From positions 1-64,000 of the IMG/VR virus record IMGVR_UViG_3300042549_010246: DNA of 64,000 nt; one strand, 5' to 3'. Source of the DNA: a virus. A model generated the notes under the pieces. It saw only the letters and a program-made list of their open reading frames with translations. It had not been told where the DNA came from and made no database searches. The translations under genes and the position numbers were made by a program. The first letter of the stretch is position 1. Every line of letters begins with the position of its first letter. Positions 30,253 through 39,776 of the stretch are shown one piece after another.

Positions 30253-30978
30253 ATGGAAATCAAAATACCCGCAATTCAAAAGGAGTGGAAAGTCCCATCC
30301 AATCAACCACCTTGGAAAAACCAAGCAATATCTGTAATTAAGAAAATTAAAGCAAATTACAGTGTTCAAATGGCAAAAGCATCACAATATACAGGTGTTC
30401 CTGTGAATATTTTGGTAGCGTTTGCGGCTACGGAGAGTGGAGGTGCTTTGAATCAAACTTTAAATGGACCATCAAAAGGTATTATGCAAGTCAATCCGTC
30501 ATCGGCTTGGCAGGCTTTATCTGACCAAATAAAAGTCGATACAATAGGTCGTTTTTATCCTTTGTATCAATTGGCACCAAATGCATTTGTTGTAAAGAAA
30601 GCGGTTGCTGCTAATTCTGTAGGAAAGGCTACTGATTATCTCACTTTGAAGCCTGTTTCTACGGCTGCGCCTTACCTTGGACAAAGAATGGTGGCAGATG
30701 CACAATTCGCTATTTATATGGGGTCGTTATTGTTGGCTCAGTTAATTGCAGGAACTATTGCAAAAACAGGTCAGATTCGTCTTGACCATATTATTGTAAA
30801 GTATAATGCGGGCACGGGTCGATTTAAACAGGTTGTAACAAATCGTGGTTTGGAAAGTGCGAGTGTGGATACCACCCAACTATACAGCAAATTAGGGATT
30901 CCTGTTTCTCAAGCGTACATTGTCAAGATGATGGGAATCAATGGATATTTAGATGTGCAAAAACAGGGATTGGCGTGA
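30253..30978 (+). CDS. Lytic transglycosylase (SLT domain)
   Basis: AATES catalytic Glu, GIMQV and YNAG. Confidence 0.85.
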   Translation: MEIKIPAIQKEWKVPSNQPPWKNQAISVIKKIKANYSVQMAKASQYTGVPVNILVAFAATESGGALNQTLNGPSKGIMQVNPSSAWQALSDQIKVDTIGRFYPLYQLAPNAFVVKKAVAANSVGKATDYLTLKPVSTAAPYLGQRMVADAQFAIYMGSLLLAQLIAGTIAKTGQIRLDHIIVKYNAGTGRFKQVVTNRGLESASVDTTQLYSKLGIPVSQAYIVKMMGINGYLDVQKQGLA

Positions 30979-30992
30979 TAACAATAACGGCA

Positions 30993-31022
30993 TTGAACTG
31001 TAGAAAAAAGTCACTATTTTTG
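30993..31022 (+). promoter_or_regulatory. Bacteroidota sigma70 promoter
   Basis: Exact TTG-N19-TATTTTTG. Confidence 0.75.
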
Positions 31023-31047
31023 TTTTAACAATTTAATTAATAACGCT

Positions 31048-31167
31048 ATGTCAAACACTAAATCAGGATTCGTACCAATGGCTATTGGAATTGCATTGTC
31101 TCTTGCCACAATTTATGTTATTGCATATTTTGCAGGTAAAGGATGGGAAAAGGCAACCGATAAATAA
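31048..31167 (+). CDS. Small membrane protein (39 aa, not in track)
   Basis: MSNTKSGFVPMAIGIALSLATIYVIAYFAGKGWEKATDK. Confidence 0.7.
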   Translation: MSNTKSGFVPMAIGIALSLATIYVIAYFAGKGWEKATDK

Positions 31168-31169
31168 TT

Positions 31170-31664
31170 GTGCAAGGAATCTTTAAACAAATATTGGATG
31201 CGACGGAAGGTCGTCACGCAAGTGGAGTTCTCTATGCAGGGGCTGTAGGAATTTTATTGTCTAATATTATACCAACCCCCGCTGAAGCATTATTCTACCA
31301 TACTGAAAAGAAACTCAGAAATAAATGGGATAATGATGAAATAACTGCTGAAAAATATTGGCAAAAAACTGCAAGCGCATATTACTTGTATAAACCCGTT
31401 TGGTGGGGACTTGTAATCAGTGCAATGTATTTTACCAAGGGCGATGTGAAAAACAAAGCAAAAATTGGTTTAATAATTGTAACTGCAGGTGCGGTTGTGG
31501 GCATAATTTACAAAAATTACACAAAAGACATTCGCGATATACGTCGAGAAGTATTGACTTCTATGGAGCCCAAGAAAAATGTTACAGGTCCTACAAAACC
31601 TGTAAAGGTGGGTCAATATAGGTCAGTTCTCAGAAAAGGCAACGTATTGAAGTTTGTCGCTTAA
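31170..31664 (+). CDS. Multi-TM membrane protein
   Basis: Three hydrophobic segments; GTG start. Confidence 0.7.
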   Translation: MQGIFKQILDATEGRHASGVLYAGAVGILLSNIIPTPAEALFYHTEKKLRNKWDNDEITAEKYWQKTASAYYLYKPVWWGLVISAMYFTKGDVKNKAKIGLIIVTAGAVVGIIYKNYTKDIRDIRREVLTSMEPKKNVTGPTKPVKVGQYRSVLRKGNVLKFVA

Positions 31665-31674
31665 TAAATAAAAA

Positions 31675-32034
31675 ATGGAAAATTCAACAGCAACACCTGC
31701 AGCAGCAGCACCCGCAACACCCGCAGCACCTGCGGCACCCGCAGCACCCGCGGCACCATCAGCACCCGCTATGGCACACGGTGGTAGCGTTGCAGACGCA
31801 GCACCACAAATGATAGAGGGTGGTGATGTATCATCAATAGAAAATAATTGGGGCACTTGGATAGCCATCGGTTTAGTCTCTCTTACGCTTGTTGCATTAA
31901 TTTTACAGATTGCTGTACATCGCAAAAATTTGAAAAAAGTCGATGCAGACGATGAAGCATTGCTTAAAGATGTCAGAGAACTGAAAATGAATGTGAAGAA
32001 ACAAATGGGCGAAAAGTATGAAACCTTGGCTTGA
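31675..32034 (+). CDS. Membrane protein with Pro-Ala linker and MAHGG motif
   Basis: (PAA)n, one TM and a C-terminal coiled coil. Confidence 0.75.
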   Translation: MENSTATPAAAAPATPAAPAAPAAPAAPSAPAMAHGGSVADAAPQMIEGGDVSSIENNWGTWIAIGLVSLTLVALILQIAVHRKNLKKVDADDEALLKDVRELKMNVKKQMGEKYETLA

Positions 32035-32665
32035 CGAAGTTACATATGGCAACCCAAATGATGAACTACTTCCTTATTTAGAAAAAGGGGAATTCGATTT
32101 CGTTTACGAATCCCTAAAAAAATATCCCTTTCCCAAAAACACTTCGGAGACGACGAGGGATGAAATGAGAGAACTGATTTCAATTCAGAACGCTCCCGAA
32201 CAAAAAAACGAAGAAATTATGTCGAGGTATCTAAACTACGACGAACACTTCGGAGATGTGATAAAAACCTATTGTAAGGAAAAAATAGGTGTAGATATGG
32301 ATGAGGTTATTGACTCAATAACAAAAGATGGGTACTATGTTCTTGTTAAATTAAAATTTTTCTATCAGCGACCACGCCCCTATCAGTTGGCACAATATTT
32401 AAGGGCGCGGCTTTTTCCATATAAGGCCCCTTCTGCACTGACTCCCGCATATCCTTCGGGACATTCATTTGAGTCATATGCGTTAGCGGAATTTATTGGA
32501 AGTAAATATCCTGAACACTATCAGTTTTTAACTGATTTAGCACACGACATATCAATTAGTCGATTATTTCTTGGATTGCATTTTGCCTCGGATTTGGATT
32601 TTGGCAGATTTGCGGCTAAAAAATATGTCGGCTCAAAACAATTTGCAAGTAAATATGGAATATGA
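32018..32665 (+). CDS. PAP2/vanadium-haloperoxidase-superfamily phosphatase
   Basis: KFFYQRPRP, PSGH and SRLFLGLHFASD. Confidence 0.85.
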   Translation: MKPWLDEVTYGNPNDELLPYLEKGEFDFVYESLKKYPFPKNTSETTRDEMRELISIQNAPEQKNEEIMSRYLNYDEHFGDVIKTYCKEKIGVDMDEVIDSITKDGYYVLVKLKFFYQRPRPYQLAQYLRARLFPYKAPSALTPAYPSGHSFESYALAEFIGSKYPEHYQFLTDLAHDISISRLFLGLHFASDLDFGRFAAKKYVGSKQFASKYGI

Positions 32666-33068
32666 ATTTCTTGTAACTCCTATTGGAAAGCCACGAATGA
32701 CGCAAAGGGATAAATGGTTGAATCCTCCGCGTAAACCTGTCTTGAATTATAGACTTGCAAAAAATGGTTTGCAATTTTATGCTTGTGAACAAAAATTTAC
32801 TTTGCCCGAAATTATTAATGTTATTTTTGTTTTACCTGTTTCACTAACTTGGAGCAAAAAGAAAAAAACATCAATGATTGGGCACCCACATCGTCAAAAA
32901 CCTGATTTAGACAACATCCTCAAATTTTTGATGGATGGTTTGATGCCCAACGGTGGTGATGAAGTTGTACATACCATAAACGCCCGTAAAATTTGGGGTG
33001 AAGAAGGTAAAATATTAATTGAAACAAACAATGACCCGACAACGCAAAATCGAAACGAAACCAATTGA
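32655..33068 (+). CDS. rusA: RusA-like Holliday junction resolvase
   Basis: PIGKPR and KPDLDNILKFLMDGL...D; ATG at 32655. Confidence 0.85.
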   Translation: MEYEFLVTPIGKPRMTQRDKWLNPPRKPVLNYRLAKNGLQFYACEQKFTLPEIINVIFVLPVSLTWSKKKKTSMIGHPHRQKPDLDNILKFLMDGLMPNGGDEVVHTINARKIWGEEGKILIETNNDPTTQNRNETN

Positions 33069-33465
33069 ACAACTATTTTCAGCATTAAGTGAAACGCTGA
33101 ATGAAATTGGTTATATGAGAACAATTCACCTTCTGAGGAAGGGGCAAGAAAATGTATGGAATTCTGATTTAAAACTTGCAACGGATGCTGTTTGCAAGGT
33201 GTTTAATATATCTCCCGACGTAGTATTTGGCAAATCAAGAAAATATCCCCGAAAATATGCTTTTGCAATTTGGGTTTATTTATCATACACTAAATTAAAT
33301 TATACTTTGCCTGACTTAGTGAATTATACACACAAGTCGTTATCCACTATTAGCAAGGCGAAAGGCACAATCGACAATCGAAGAAACACAACGGCATTTG
33401 AAAAAAAGATTAATGACAAACTTGATGAATGCATCACAATCATAAATGAAATTAAACCCGAATAA
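33031..33465 (+). CDS. DnaA domain IV-like HTH protein
   Basis: VCKVFNISPDVVFGKSR...AIWVYL...TL.DL...STI. Confidence 0.65.
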   Translation: MTRQRKIETKPIEQLFSALSETLNEIGYMRTIHLLRKGQENVWNSDLKLATDAVCKVFNISPDVVFGKSRKYPRKYAFAIWVYLSYTKLNYTLPDLVNYTHKSLSTISKAKGTIDNRRNTTAFEKKINDKLDECITIINEIKPE

Positions 33466-34442
33466 TGATGGAAAATACAGAAAATGTGAATTCAGAAATC
33501 TTTGAAGATTTCTCCCCGCTTACGCAAGACAATGTAATTCAACGTGATTACACAAAACCAAACGTAGACTATTCCCAAGTCAATGCAAGCCCTATTGAAG
33601 AGCCCATATTTACCGCACCTTCTTTTGAGGATATGGATAAACATTGGAACTCAAAAGGAGTTGAAGAGGCGCAAATCATAGATGAAAAGGCAAGTGCAAA
33701 TCCATATACTGAAAACCTTGATAAAAAAGACCAACGGAAAGCGTCAGCGGCTTTAGTCGAGGCTTTATTGGATGGGTATTCTCAGTTAAATAAATTTGGT
33801 AACAAACTTGTTCAATTCAATCCCGAAAAAATTCAAGCGATGATGCGCTCAGGGGAAATAGACCCTGATTTGACCATCCCTATTAATGGTAGGAATATTG
33901 GAGTGCTCGACTATGTAAACGCATACAATGAGGAAACGTCAACGGTTATTTCTGTGGATGATGACTTCAAAGACAAGGTTCGTCCTTTGTTAATTGAAGA
34001 ATTTATGGAGCGGAATATCGGTATGACCCGCCTACAACTTATTGGATATTATTTTGGTACAGATTTGTTGACTAAGGGAACATTAATTTATTCATTAAGA
34101 AAGCAAAATCAAGCAGTATTGGATTCATTGGTGGAAATAAGTAATAATTCACGTCCTGCGCCAACACCACAAGCAAGTCGTGTAGAGAAGACTGAACCTA
34201 ATACTGAAGAGAAGCCTGTTAGGGAGCCACAACGCGAATTTGTAGAACCCGAGGAAGAATACGCTGTGATTGAGGATTTCGAACCAATCATTGAAGTGAA
34301 AAATGCAAATGACGACGTGAAGCGTTCAAGAAAACCAACAGCAGGACCAAGGTTCGGTGACAGTGCGATTTTAGAACAAATGGAACAAATTGCCAATGGT
34401 GAAACCTCGTCCAAGCGTAGAGGAAGACCAAGGAAAAAATAA
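33465..34442 (+). CDS. Acidic hypothetical protein upstream of the packaging ATPase
   Basis: 325 aa; C-terminal RRGRPRKK AT-hook-like tail. Confidence 0.7.
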   Translation: MMENTENVNSEIFEDFSPLTQDNVIQRDYTKPNVDYSQVNASPIEEPIFTAPSFEDMDKHWNSKGVEEAQIIDEKASANPYTENLDKKDQRKASAALVEALLDGYSQLNKFGNKLVQFNPEKIQAMMRSGEIDPDLTIPINGRNIGVLDYVNAYNEETSTVISVDDDFKDKVRPLLIEEFMERNIGMTRLQLIGYYFGTDLLTKGTLIYSLRKQNQAVLDSLVEISNNSRPAPTPQASRVEKTEPNTEEKPVREPQREFVEPEEEYAVIEDFEPIIEVKNANDDVKRSRKPTAGPRFGDSAILEQMEQIANGETSSKRRGRPRKK

Positions 34443-34451
34443 TTTAAAAAT

Positions 34452-35273
34452 ATGAGAGAACCATTATTGGGCGTAGCCGTCGGAAAGAAAGGGGTAGGGA
34501 AAACCTTTACAACCAATAGGGTGATTAAACAATATGTGATGGGTAATCCCGCTTCGGGAATTATGCCAAGAAAAGTTTTGATTTTAGATGCAAACGATGA
34601 ATATACTGAGTATAAGGCAATTGCATTAAAGGATTTGATGTTGTTTAGTGTACACCCTTTGGTTGAAGCAAGAAGAATTAGACCGATTCACCCCGACGGT
34701 AAAAAAATGACCTTGGATGATTTGGCTGCTACGTTGAATTATATTTTGGAGGTATTTTCAGGGGGCCTATTATTGATTGAAGACATTAATCGATTTACTT
34801 CTGATTTTATGCCACAAGATTTAATGGGAGCGATTGCGACGAATCGACATCGTGACTTGGACATCATTTTACACTATCAAGGTATAGGTCGTATTGGAAC
34901 GAAGGTATGGCAAAATATCAATTGGCTAAGGATGCATAAAATTACGGAGTCCGCAATCAGGCACGCCAAAAAGTTTGAAGATAAATATGAGATAATCCGT
35001 ATATGCGAATTGATGGTAAACATTCAGTATTTTTTGGGTAACGAAAGGACTTTTCAGTACATCGATTGTGAGAATATGTGTTTTCAAGGTAAGGTGGATG
35101 AAAAACTATTTGCAGATGCTTGTAAGCAATATTTGGAGGAAAATTATCGTAGAATTATTTCACCACTTTTACAGATTCGTGGTGTGGGTGATAAAAAGAA
35201 ATTTACTGCAGATACCGCAATGAAGTCTGAGATGGAAAGATTGCGTAAAATGTATTTAAAAAGGCAAGTGTAA
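34452..35273 (+). CDS. A32/FtsK-HerA-family genome packaging ATPase
   Basis: GKKGVGKT, ILD, LLLIED Walker B, NRH Arg finger and IILHYQ sensor; 273 aa; next to the MCP candidate. Confidence 0.8.
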   Translation: MREPLLGVAVGKKGVGKTFTTNRVIKQYVMGNPASGIMPRKVLILDANDEYTEYKAIALKDLMLFSVHPLVEARRIRPIHPDGKKMTLDDLAATLNYILEVFSGGLLLIEDINRFTSDFMPQDLMGAIATNRHRDLDIILHYQGIGRIGTKVWQNINWLRMHKITESAIRHAKKFEDKYEIIRICELMVNIQYFLGNERTFQYIDCENMCFQGKVDEKLFADACKQYLEENYRRIISPLLQIRGVGDKKKFTADTAMKSEMERLRKMYLKRQV

Positions 35274-35305
35274 GTTACATTAAGTGTACTATACAAATAA
35301 TCGAT

Positions 35306-35332
35306 AAGCCCCCTTGTAAACAGGGGGTTTTT
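35306..35332 (+). terminator. Rho-independent terminator
   Basis: AAGCCCCCT-N7-AGGGGGTTTTT. Confidence 0.75.
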
Positions 35333-35459
35333 CATTTTATATACTTGTATTTTACCATACAAATATTATTTGCTAAAATAATCAATCGATAATAGTACAT
35401 TTTATCAAAGGTATTTTTGAAACAATAAGCAGTCTGAACGGCTTATAAAACAAAAACTT

Positions 35460-35573
35460 ATGAACGTAGAATCTTTAAAAAAAATCGGAGGACAAGTCCT
35501 TTTAATTGTAGTCGGTGTTATTGTTGCTAATGAAATTCAAAAGCAAATTGACAAACGTCGCGCAGCAATGTAA
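35460..35573 (+). CDS. Small membrane protein preceding the MCP (37 aa, not in track)
   Basis: MNVESLKKIGGQVLLIVVGVIVANEIQKQIDKRRAAM. Confidence 0.75.
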   Translation: MNVESLKKIGGQVLLIVVGVIVANEIQKQIDKRRAAM

Positions 35574-35611
35574 ACTCACAAAAAAACAAAAACCTTAAAA
35601 AAACAAAAACT

Positions 35612-36313
35612 ATGAATAATGTCCGTAAATACCTTGCTGACGCACAAAATCGTGCTCACGAGGGCTTCTTGAATGCCGATGGCTTCTTTGATGACGATTT
35701 GAACTTCACCGCAGGTGATGATTTTATGAATGCAAATGGCAACGACGCTATGCCTGCTGCCGCTCCAACCTCACAACCTTACATCATTCAAATTTCTAAC
35801 ACAGGTTCTGCTGTTGCGAATTTCAGTGTATTGGGTTCTTACGAGCAGTTGGGTGATACTGCAGCATTTACTTCGGGTAACTTTATATCAGGAGACGTGA
35901 CTATTTCGTCTGCTATTCCAAACGTAACCTATCAGCAAATGTTGTATCAGTTTATGAACAACCCTTTCAGCACAGGTTTGACTTACATTCAGTCTTCTTC
36001 AAACACACAGTTGTTGGAAACAATCAGTGTGCAAACTAAAGACGCGAATGGTAACGTGGCCCAAAAGCCTTTGGTGCCTACTATTGACCCATATCAGTTT
36101 CAGACTACCGTCCTTGCTCTCCGTTTCGGATACAGAATTGACGGTTACACTAAATTGATTTTGAATTCAATTTTGGCTTCAACCACCGTGAAGTTGTATC
36201 TGTACCCTGCAGACAACATCAACTTGGCTCGTGGATTGTCAGGACGCGCTGTATCAAAAGATTTCAGCAGCCCAGGCATTGTACGTGCTCAAACCGTGAA
36301 AATCCAAGGTTAA
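35612..36313 (+). CDS. Candidate major capsid protein (jelly-roll)
   Basis: Beta-rich with no TM; high-expression codons (TTC/AAC/ATC/CGT); long A-rich leader, own terminator, adjacent ATPase. Confidence 0.55.
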   Translation: MNNVRKYLADAQNRAHEGFLNADGFFDDDLNFTAGDDFMNANGNDAMPAAAPTSQPYIIQISNTGSAVANFSVLGSYEQLGDTAAFTSGNFISGDVTISSAIPNVTYQQMLYQFMNNPFSTGLTYIQSSSNTQLLETISVQTKDANGNVAQKPLVPTIDPYQFQTTVLALRFGYRIDGYTKLILNSILASTTVKLYLYPADNINLARGLSGRAVSKDFSSPGIVRAQTVKIQG

Positions 36314-36334
36314 TCCCTTTTTTACGATTTATAG

Positions 36335-36373
36335 AAAAGGGGCGATGGCACACAGCCTCGCCCCTTTTTTTTT
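36335..36373 (+). terminator. Strong Rho-independent terminator after the MCP
   Basis: AAAAGGGGCGA...TCGCCCC followed by T9. Confidence 0.9.
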
Positions 36374-36395
36374 AATAGGCTAAAATCAAATAATT

Positions 36396-36566
36396 ATGGC
36401 ATATAAAGTCAAATTGGGTAACAAGGATTACTTCTCAGAAGAATTTTCTTCAGAGACGGAAGCAAAAAAAGCAAAGTATTTCGCCATTGTAGGTGCAAAA
36501 ACTTTTCGCAGTGCATCGAAATCGATGGACACAAAAATTGTAAAAGTTGTAAAAAAGAAAAAATAA
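36396..36566 (+). CDS. Small basic protein (56 aa, not in track)
   Basis: MAYKVKLGNKDYFSEE...VVKKKK. Confidence 0.65.
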   Translation: MAYKVKLGNKDYFSEEFSSETEAKKAKYFAIVGAKTFRSASKSMDTKIVKVVKKKK

Positions 36567-36949
36567 TGACAATCTACGAGTATATCGCAAGAAACAATCC
36601 GATGGGTGCTAAAAGAGTAATTGAATCTTTTGGCTATGTGGTAACACAACCTAAAAAAATGGGCGATAACCTTCGTATGTTGGTTGCGCAAGAAGGAGAG
36701 CCCGCTTTAAAAGCAGTCGTTGATTTACATCCTGATAAAGACTTAATTTTAGAAGTTTTCGGGAATAGTCAAAGTGTTAAAGCAACGGGTGAAAATTTCT
36801 TTGGAGCCGATGGTCTACTTCAAAGCGCAGTTTTAAATAACAACCAACAGCAAAATGACAGCAACAATAAAATGGTGCTTCAAACAAACACATTAATTGT
36901 GGCCTTATCACTCCTTGTAGTTGCAGGGTTAATATTAAAGAATCGATGA
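36566..36949 (+). CDS. Virion membrane protein (C-terminal TM)
   Basis: FFGADG motif; TM followed by KNR. Confidence 0.75.
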   Translation: MTIYEYIARNNPMGAKRVIESFGYVVTQPKKMGDNLRMLVAQEGEPALKAVVDLHPDKDLILEVFGNSQSVKATGENFFGADGLLQSAVLNNNQQQNDSNNKMVLQTNTLIVALSLLVVAGLILKNR

Positions 36950-37548
36950 AAAATTTGAAACCTAACGAAATTTACGCTGTATCAGCGATGACAATTGACA
37001 ACAATACTGAAGGGGTAAAAACCCTGATTACAAAGTATGGTGTCATTTTGCCAAACAATGCAAGTCGAAGTGATATTGACAAAGCATTTGCAGCCCTTTT
37101 AAGAAAGAGTAAATCTTTCCGCAACGATTTTGCTGTATTGGCGGCAAATGAAAGTCAGAAGAGCGAAAACTTCTCAAATTTTATGGAATTTTTAGGTATG
37201 TCAGGAAGAGGTATTGGAACAGCAAGTGCTCCTTTAAAAACTCCCGACCCAATTCCTGTAAAAACAAGTTTACCGAACACAACTGCAAAAAAACCAAGTG
37301 CATTTGCGGAAGCATTTGATGCTGACACAATTAGAAACGTCATCAATACGGGATTAAATATTTGGGCTACCCGCTCAGGTACTACAGCCTCAACTACAAA
37401 TGATTTACAATCAGGTAGGGAATCTTTGAATTTACAACCCCAAAGTCAACAAACACGTGGTATTGGAACGACGGGAATCGTTTTGATTTCAATTGGTGCA
37501 CTTGCAGCGGTAGGTGTTTTGATTTATTACCTATCTAAAAACAAATGA
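36946..37548 (+). CDS. Virion membrane protein (C-terminal TM)
   Basis: GIVLISIGALAAVGVLIYYL-SKNK. Confidence 0.75.
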   Translation: MKNLKPNEIYAVSAMTIDNNTEGVKTLITKYGVILPNNASRSDIDKAFAALLRKSKSFRNDFAVLAANESQKSENFSNFMEFLGMSGRGIGTASAPLKTPDPIPVKTSLPNTTAKKPSAFAEAFDADTIRNVINTGLNIWATRSGTTASTTNDLQSGRESLNLQPQSQQTRGIGTTGIVLISIGALAAVGVLIYYLSKNK

Positions 37549-37549
37549 T

Positions 37550-37723
37550 ATGGAAAATAAAGATTATACCAAAGTCGTTGGATACTCTCAAATAGGTGGT
37601 GCCATAGGTATCATTTATGCATTTTCAACAAAATCAGGATTCTTCAAAGGGGTCGGCTATTATTTAGTTGGGTCTTTTGTTGCAGGACTGATTGCATCAG
37701 GTGTGACCGCAGTAAAGAAATAA
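37550..37723 (+). CDS. Small two-TM Gly-rich protein (57 aa, not in track)
   Basis: MENKDYTKVVGYSQIGGAIGII... Confidence 0.7.
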   Translation: MENKDYTKVVGYSQIGGAIGIIYAFSTKSGFFKGVGYYLVGSFVAGLIASGVTAVKK

Positions 37724-37947
37724 TGGCAAACGAATTTCAAGACGCTTTAGACAATGTTAAAGAACTGAGTGGACAATCTACTCACGATACCTTTTTGAAG
37801 CAAAGCAAGCGCATTATGAAGGGCAGTGCTACAGGTCTTGTTGTTGGTTTGATGTATGGATGGTACACGAAAAAAAATATTTATGTAACTGCAATACTTG
37901 GAGTAATTGCAGGAGGCGCGGTTAATTACTTTATTTTCTCAGAATAA
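37723..37947 (+). CDS. Small two-TM protein
   Basis: GLVVGLMYGW...ILGVIAGGAV. Confidence 0.7.
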   Translation: MANEFQDALDNVKELSGQSTHDTFLKQSKRIMKGSATGLVVGLMYGWYTKKNIYVTAILGVIAGGAVNYFIFSE

Positions 37948-37951
37948 AATT

Positions 37952-38359
37952 ATGACTTTAGATTCAGCGATAAAATATAAAGATTTTTCGAACCCAAATA
38001 TAGTTCGTGCAAGGCCAATTAATATACAAATGGCCAATGATGACTATTTTTCTGTAGCGGGTCCTGCGGGCGCAACACAATTAAAACTCACCAAGGTTTT
38101 GACTGTAAAAAATGCTCAGGGTAAAAATACGAATTATGAGGTGGGTTCAGTTGTTTGGGCGTTCCCTATTCAAACCATCGCCAAATCAAATAGTTATGTT
38201 TTTACAACGGAAGGTCAAGGGTATATTTTGACTGTAGGTGTTAACGCTGAAATTTATAATCAAAAAGAGTCTAAAGAGACAAAAAAAGGTTTTCCTTTTT
38301 CTTTAGTCGGATTAGCCTTAATCGGAATAGTAATAATTTATACAATGAAAAAATTATGA
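37952..38359 (+). CDS. Membrane protein (C-terminal TM)
   Basis: ATG at 37952; beta-rich domain plus TM. Confidence 0.7.
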   Translation: MTLDSAIKYKDFSNPNIVRARPINIQMANDDYFSVAGPAGATQLKLTKVLTVKNAQGKNTNYEVGSVVWAFPIQTIAKSNSYVFTTEGQGYILTVGVNAEIYNQKESKETKKGFPFSLVGLALIGIVIIYTMKKL

Positions 38360-38457
38360 AAACAGCGAATGATGAAAAGAAAAAAGGTGGTGCGTTGATG
38401 CTTGTAGGTTTTGCGATGCTCGCCTATGTTGTTTATAAAATAATCGAAAGTAAATGA
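38356..38457 (+). CDS. 33 aa membrane microprotein (not in track)
   Basis: MKTANDEKKKGGALMLVGFAMLAYVVYKIIESK. Confidence 0.65.
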   Translation: MKTANDEKKKGGALMLVGFAMLAYVVYKIIESK

Positions 38458-38678
38458 AAAAAGAATATATTGAAGCCCTCGTTTTAATTGGAGCCATTGG
38501 ATTGGCTATTTACTTAGCAAGTTCTAAGGACTCCGTATTGAAAAGTGCAAAATCAAATTCTCCAACACCGACAGGACCAAAAGGCGGTTTTGAGAATTTC
38601 ACTGCAGACGAATTAACTTATGACGACCATTTGTATGGAAATGCAGATGGAGGATTAAAAGGTTTAACATTTAAATAA
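38454..38678 (+). CDS. Small membrane protein
   Basis: N-terminal TM; YGNADGG. Confidence 0.7.
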   Translation: MKKEYIEALVLIGAIGLAIYLASSKDSVLKSAKSNSPTPTGPKGGFENFTADELTYDDHLYGNADGGLKGLTFK

Positions 38679-38686
38679 ATAAAACT

Positions 38687-38776
38687 ATGACAAAAAACAC
38701 AAAAACAATCTTGACTTTAGCCGCTGTTGCTGCGGTATTGTTCTTCGTTTTCAAGAAGCCAAAAACAGACGCTTAA
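38687..38776 (+). CDS. 29 aa membrane microprotein (not in track)
   Basis: MTKNTKTILTLAAVAAVLFFVFKKPKTDA. Confidence 0.65.
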   Translation: MTKNTKTILTLAAVAAVLFFVFKKPKTDA

Positions 38777-38787
38777 TTGTAATTGAA

Positions 38788-39282
38788 ATGAATCGTGACG
38801 TATTATTAGGCGCGGGGGTCGTTTTGGCCTTCATCGTCCTTGTTAATCGAGCCAAAAAAAACCAAGTAACTGACACCCAAGGTGGCGGTGGTGGTGGTGG
38901 CGGTGGTTTTGGTGGTGGTCCCTTTGTAGGGGGCGTACCCGCAGGACCAATGACTGTCAATACTATTGTTCAACCCGCAGCGCGTCCTGCAAATCAAGGA
39001 CGCTCTTACAACGCTGCTGATGTGACTAAAAGTAAAGACACCACTCCAACTGCAGCAGTTACAAGTTCCGCTCAAGCAAAAGCGATAGAAACAGCCACCA
39101 ACACGGGTGGAATCGTTCCTATCGGTCAAGGGGGAAGCAGTACACCTACCTACAGCACAGGGACAGTGACTCAAGCAGATTTAGCGAAAGGTGTTGCAGG
39201 TAACACTGTATTCAAACCTTTCAGCGGAGATGCTAAATTCTTGGGATTTGTAGGTTCAAGACCTAAATTTGAATTTAATTAA
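38788..39282 (+). CDS. Membrane protein with poly-Gly linker
   Basis: N-terminal TM and G9 tract. Confidence 0.7.
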   Translation: MNRDVLLGAGVVLAFIVLVNRAKKNQVTDTQGGGGGGGGGFGGGPFVGGVPAGPMTVNTIVQPAARPANQGRSYNAADVTKSKDTTPTAAVTSSAQAKAIETATNTGGIVPIGQGGSSTPTYSTGTVTQADLAKGVAGNTVFKPFSGDAKFLGFVGSRPKFEFN

Positions 39283-39283
39283 T

Positions 39284-39565
39284 ATGTTGTCAGCAAATAA
39301 ACTATACAAGGAATCAGGTACCACTTTGTCTTTCAAAGAATGGTTGGAGCGTGAAAAGGCAAAAGGCAAATTCATTCCCAACGTGGAAGCGATGGAAGAG
39401 TTTGTGAATGCCGATGGTGGAACTTCAGAGCAAGCCTCTGAGCAACCCGAAATCACAGCGAAATCAGTTGAGAATAAACAGATGTTTACCTCGATTGCTC
39501 GAGTAGGTTTAATTGTTGTATTGACATACTTCGTTTATCGAACTATCAAAAATGAAATTAAGTAA
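39284..39565 (+). CDS. Small membrane protein
   Basis: FKEWLEREK, FVNADGG and C-terminal TM. Confidence 0.7.
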   Translation: MLSANKLYKESGTTLSFKEWLEREKAKGKFIPNVEAMEEFVNADGGTSEQASEQPEITAKSVENKQMFTSIARVGLIVVLTYFVYRTIKNEIK

Positions 39566-39776
39566 TACTCAAATAAAGCGCATCATTATTGCAGGGGGAT
39601 TTTTCTTCCTGCTTTTGCGCTTTAGAGGATACTTAAATCCCTCAAAAGAAACATTGTCGGCAAAAGACGATAGTGTTTCTGCAAATGGTACCAAATCGGT
39701 AATCGACAGAGCGATTCACAAAGTAAAAAGTGGCGCGGTAAAAGTTGCAAGCACACCATCTGAAATAAAAAACTGA
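39552..39776 (+). CDS. Small membrane protein
   Basis: N-terminal TM. Confidence 0.65.
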   Translation: MKLSNTQIKRIIIAGGFFFLLLRFRGYLNPSKETLSAKDDSVSANGTKSVIDRAIHKVKSGAVKVASTPSEIKN

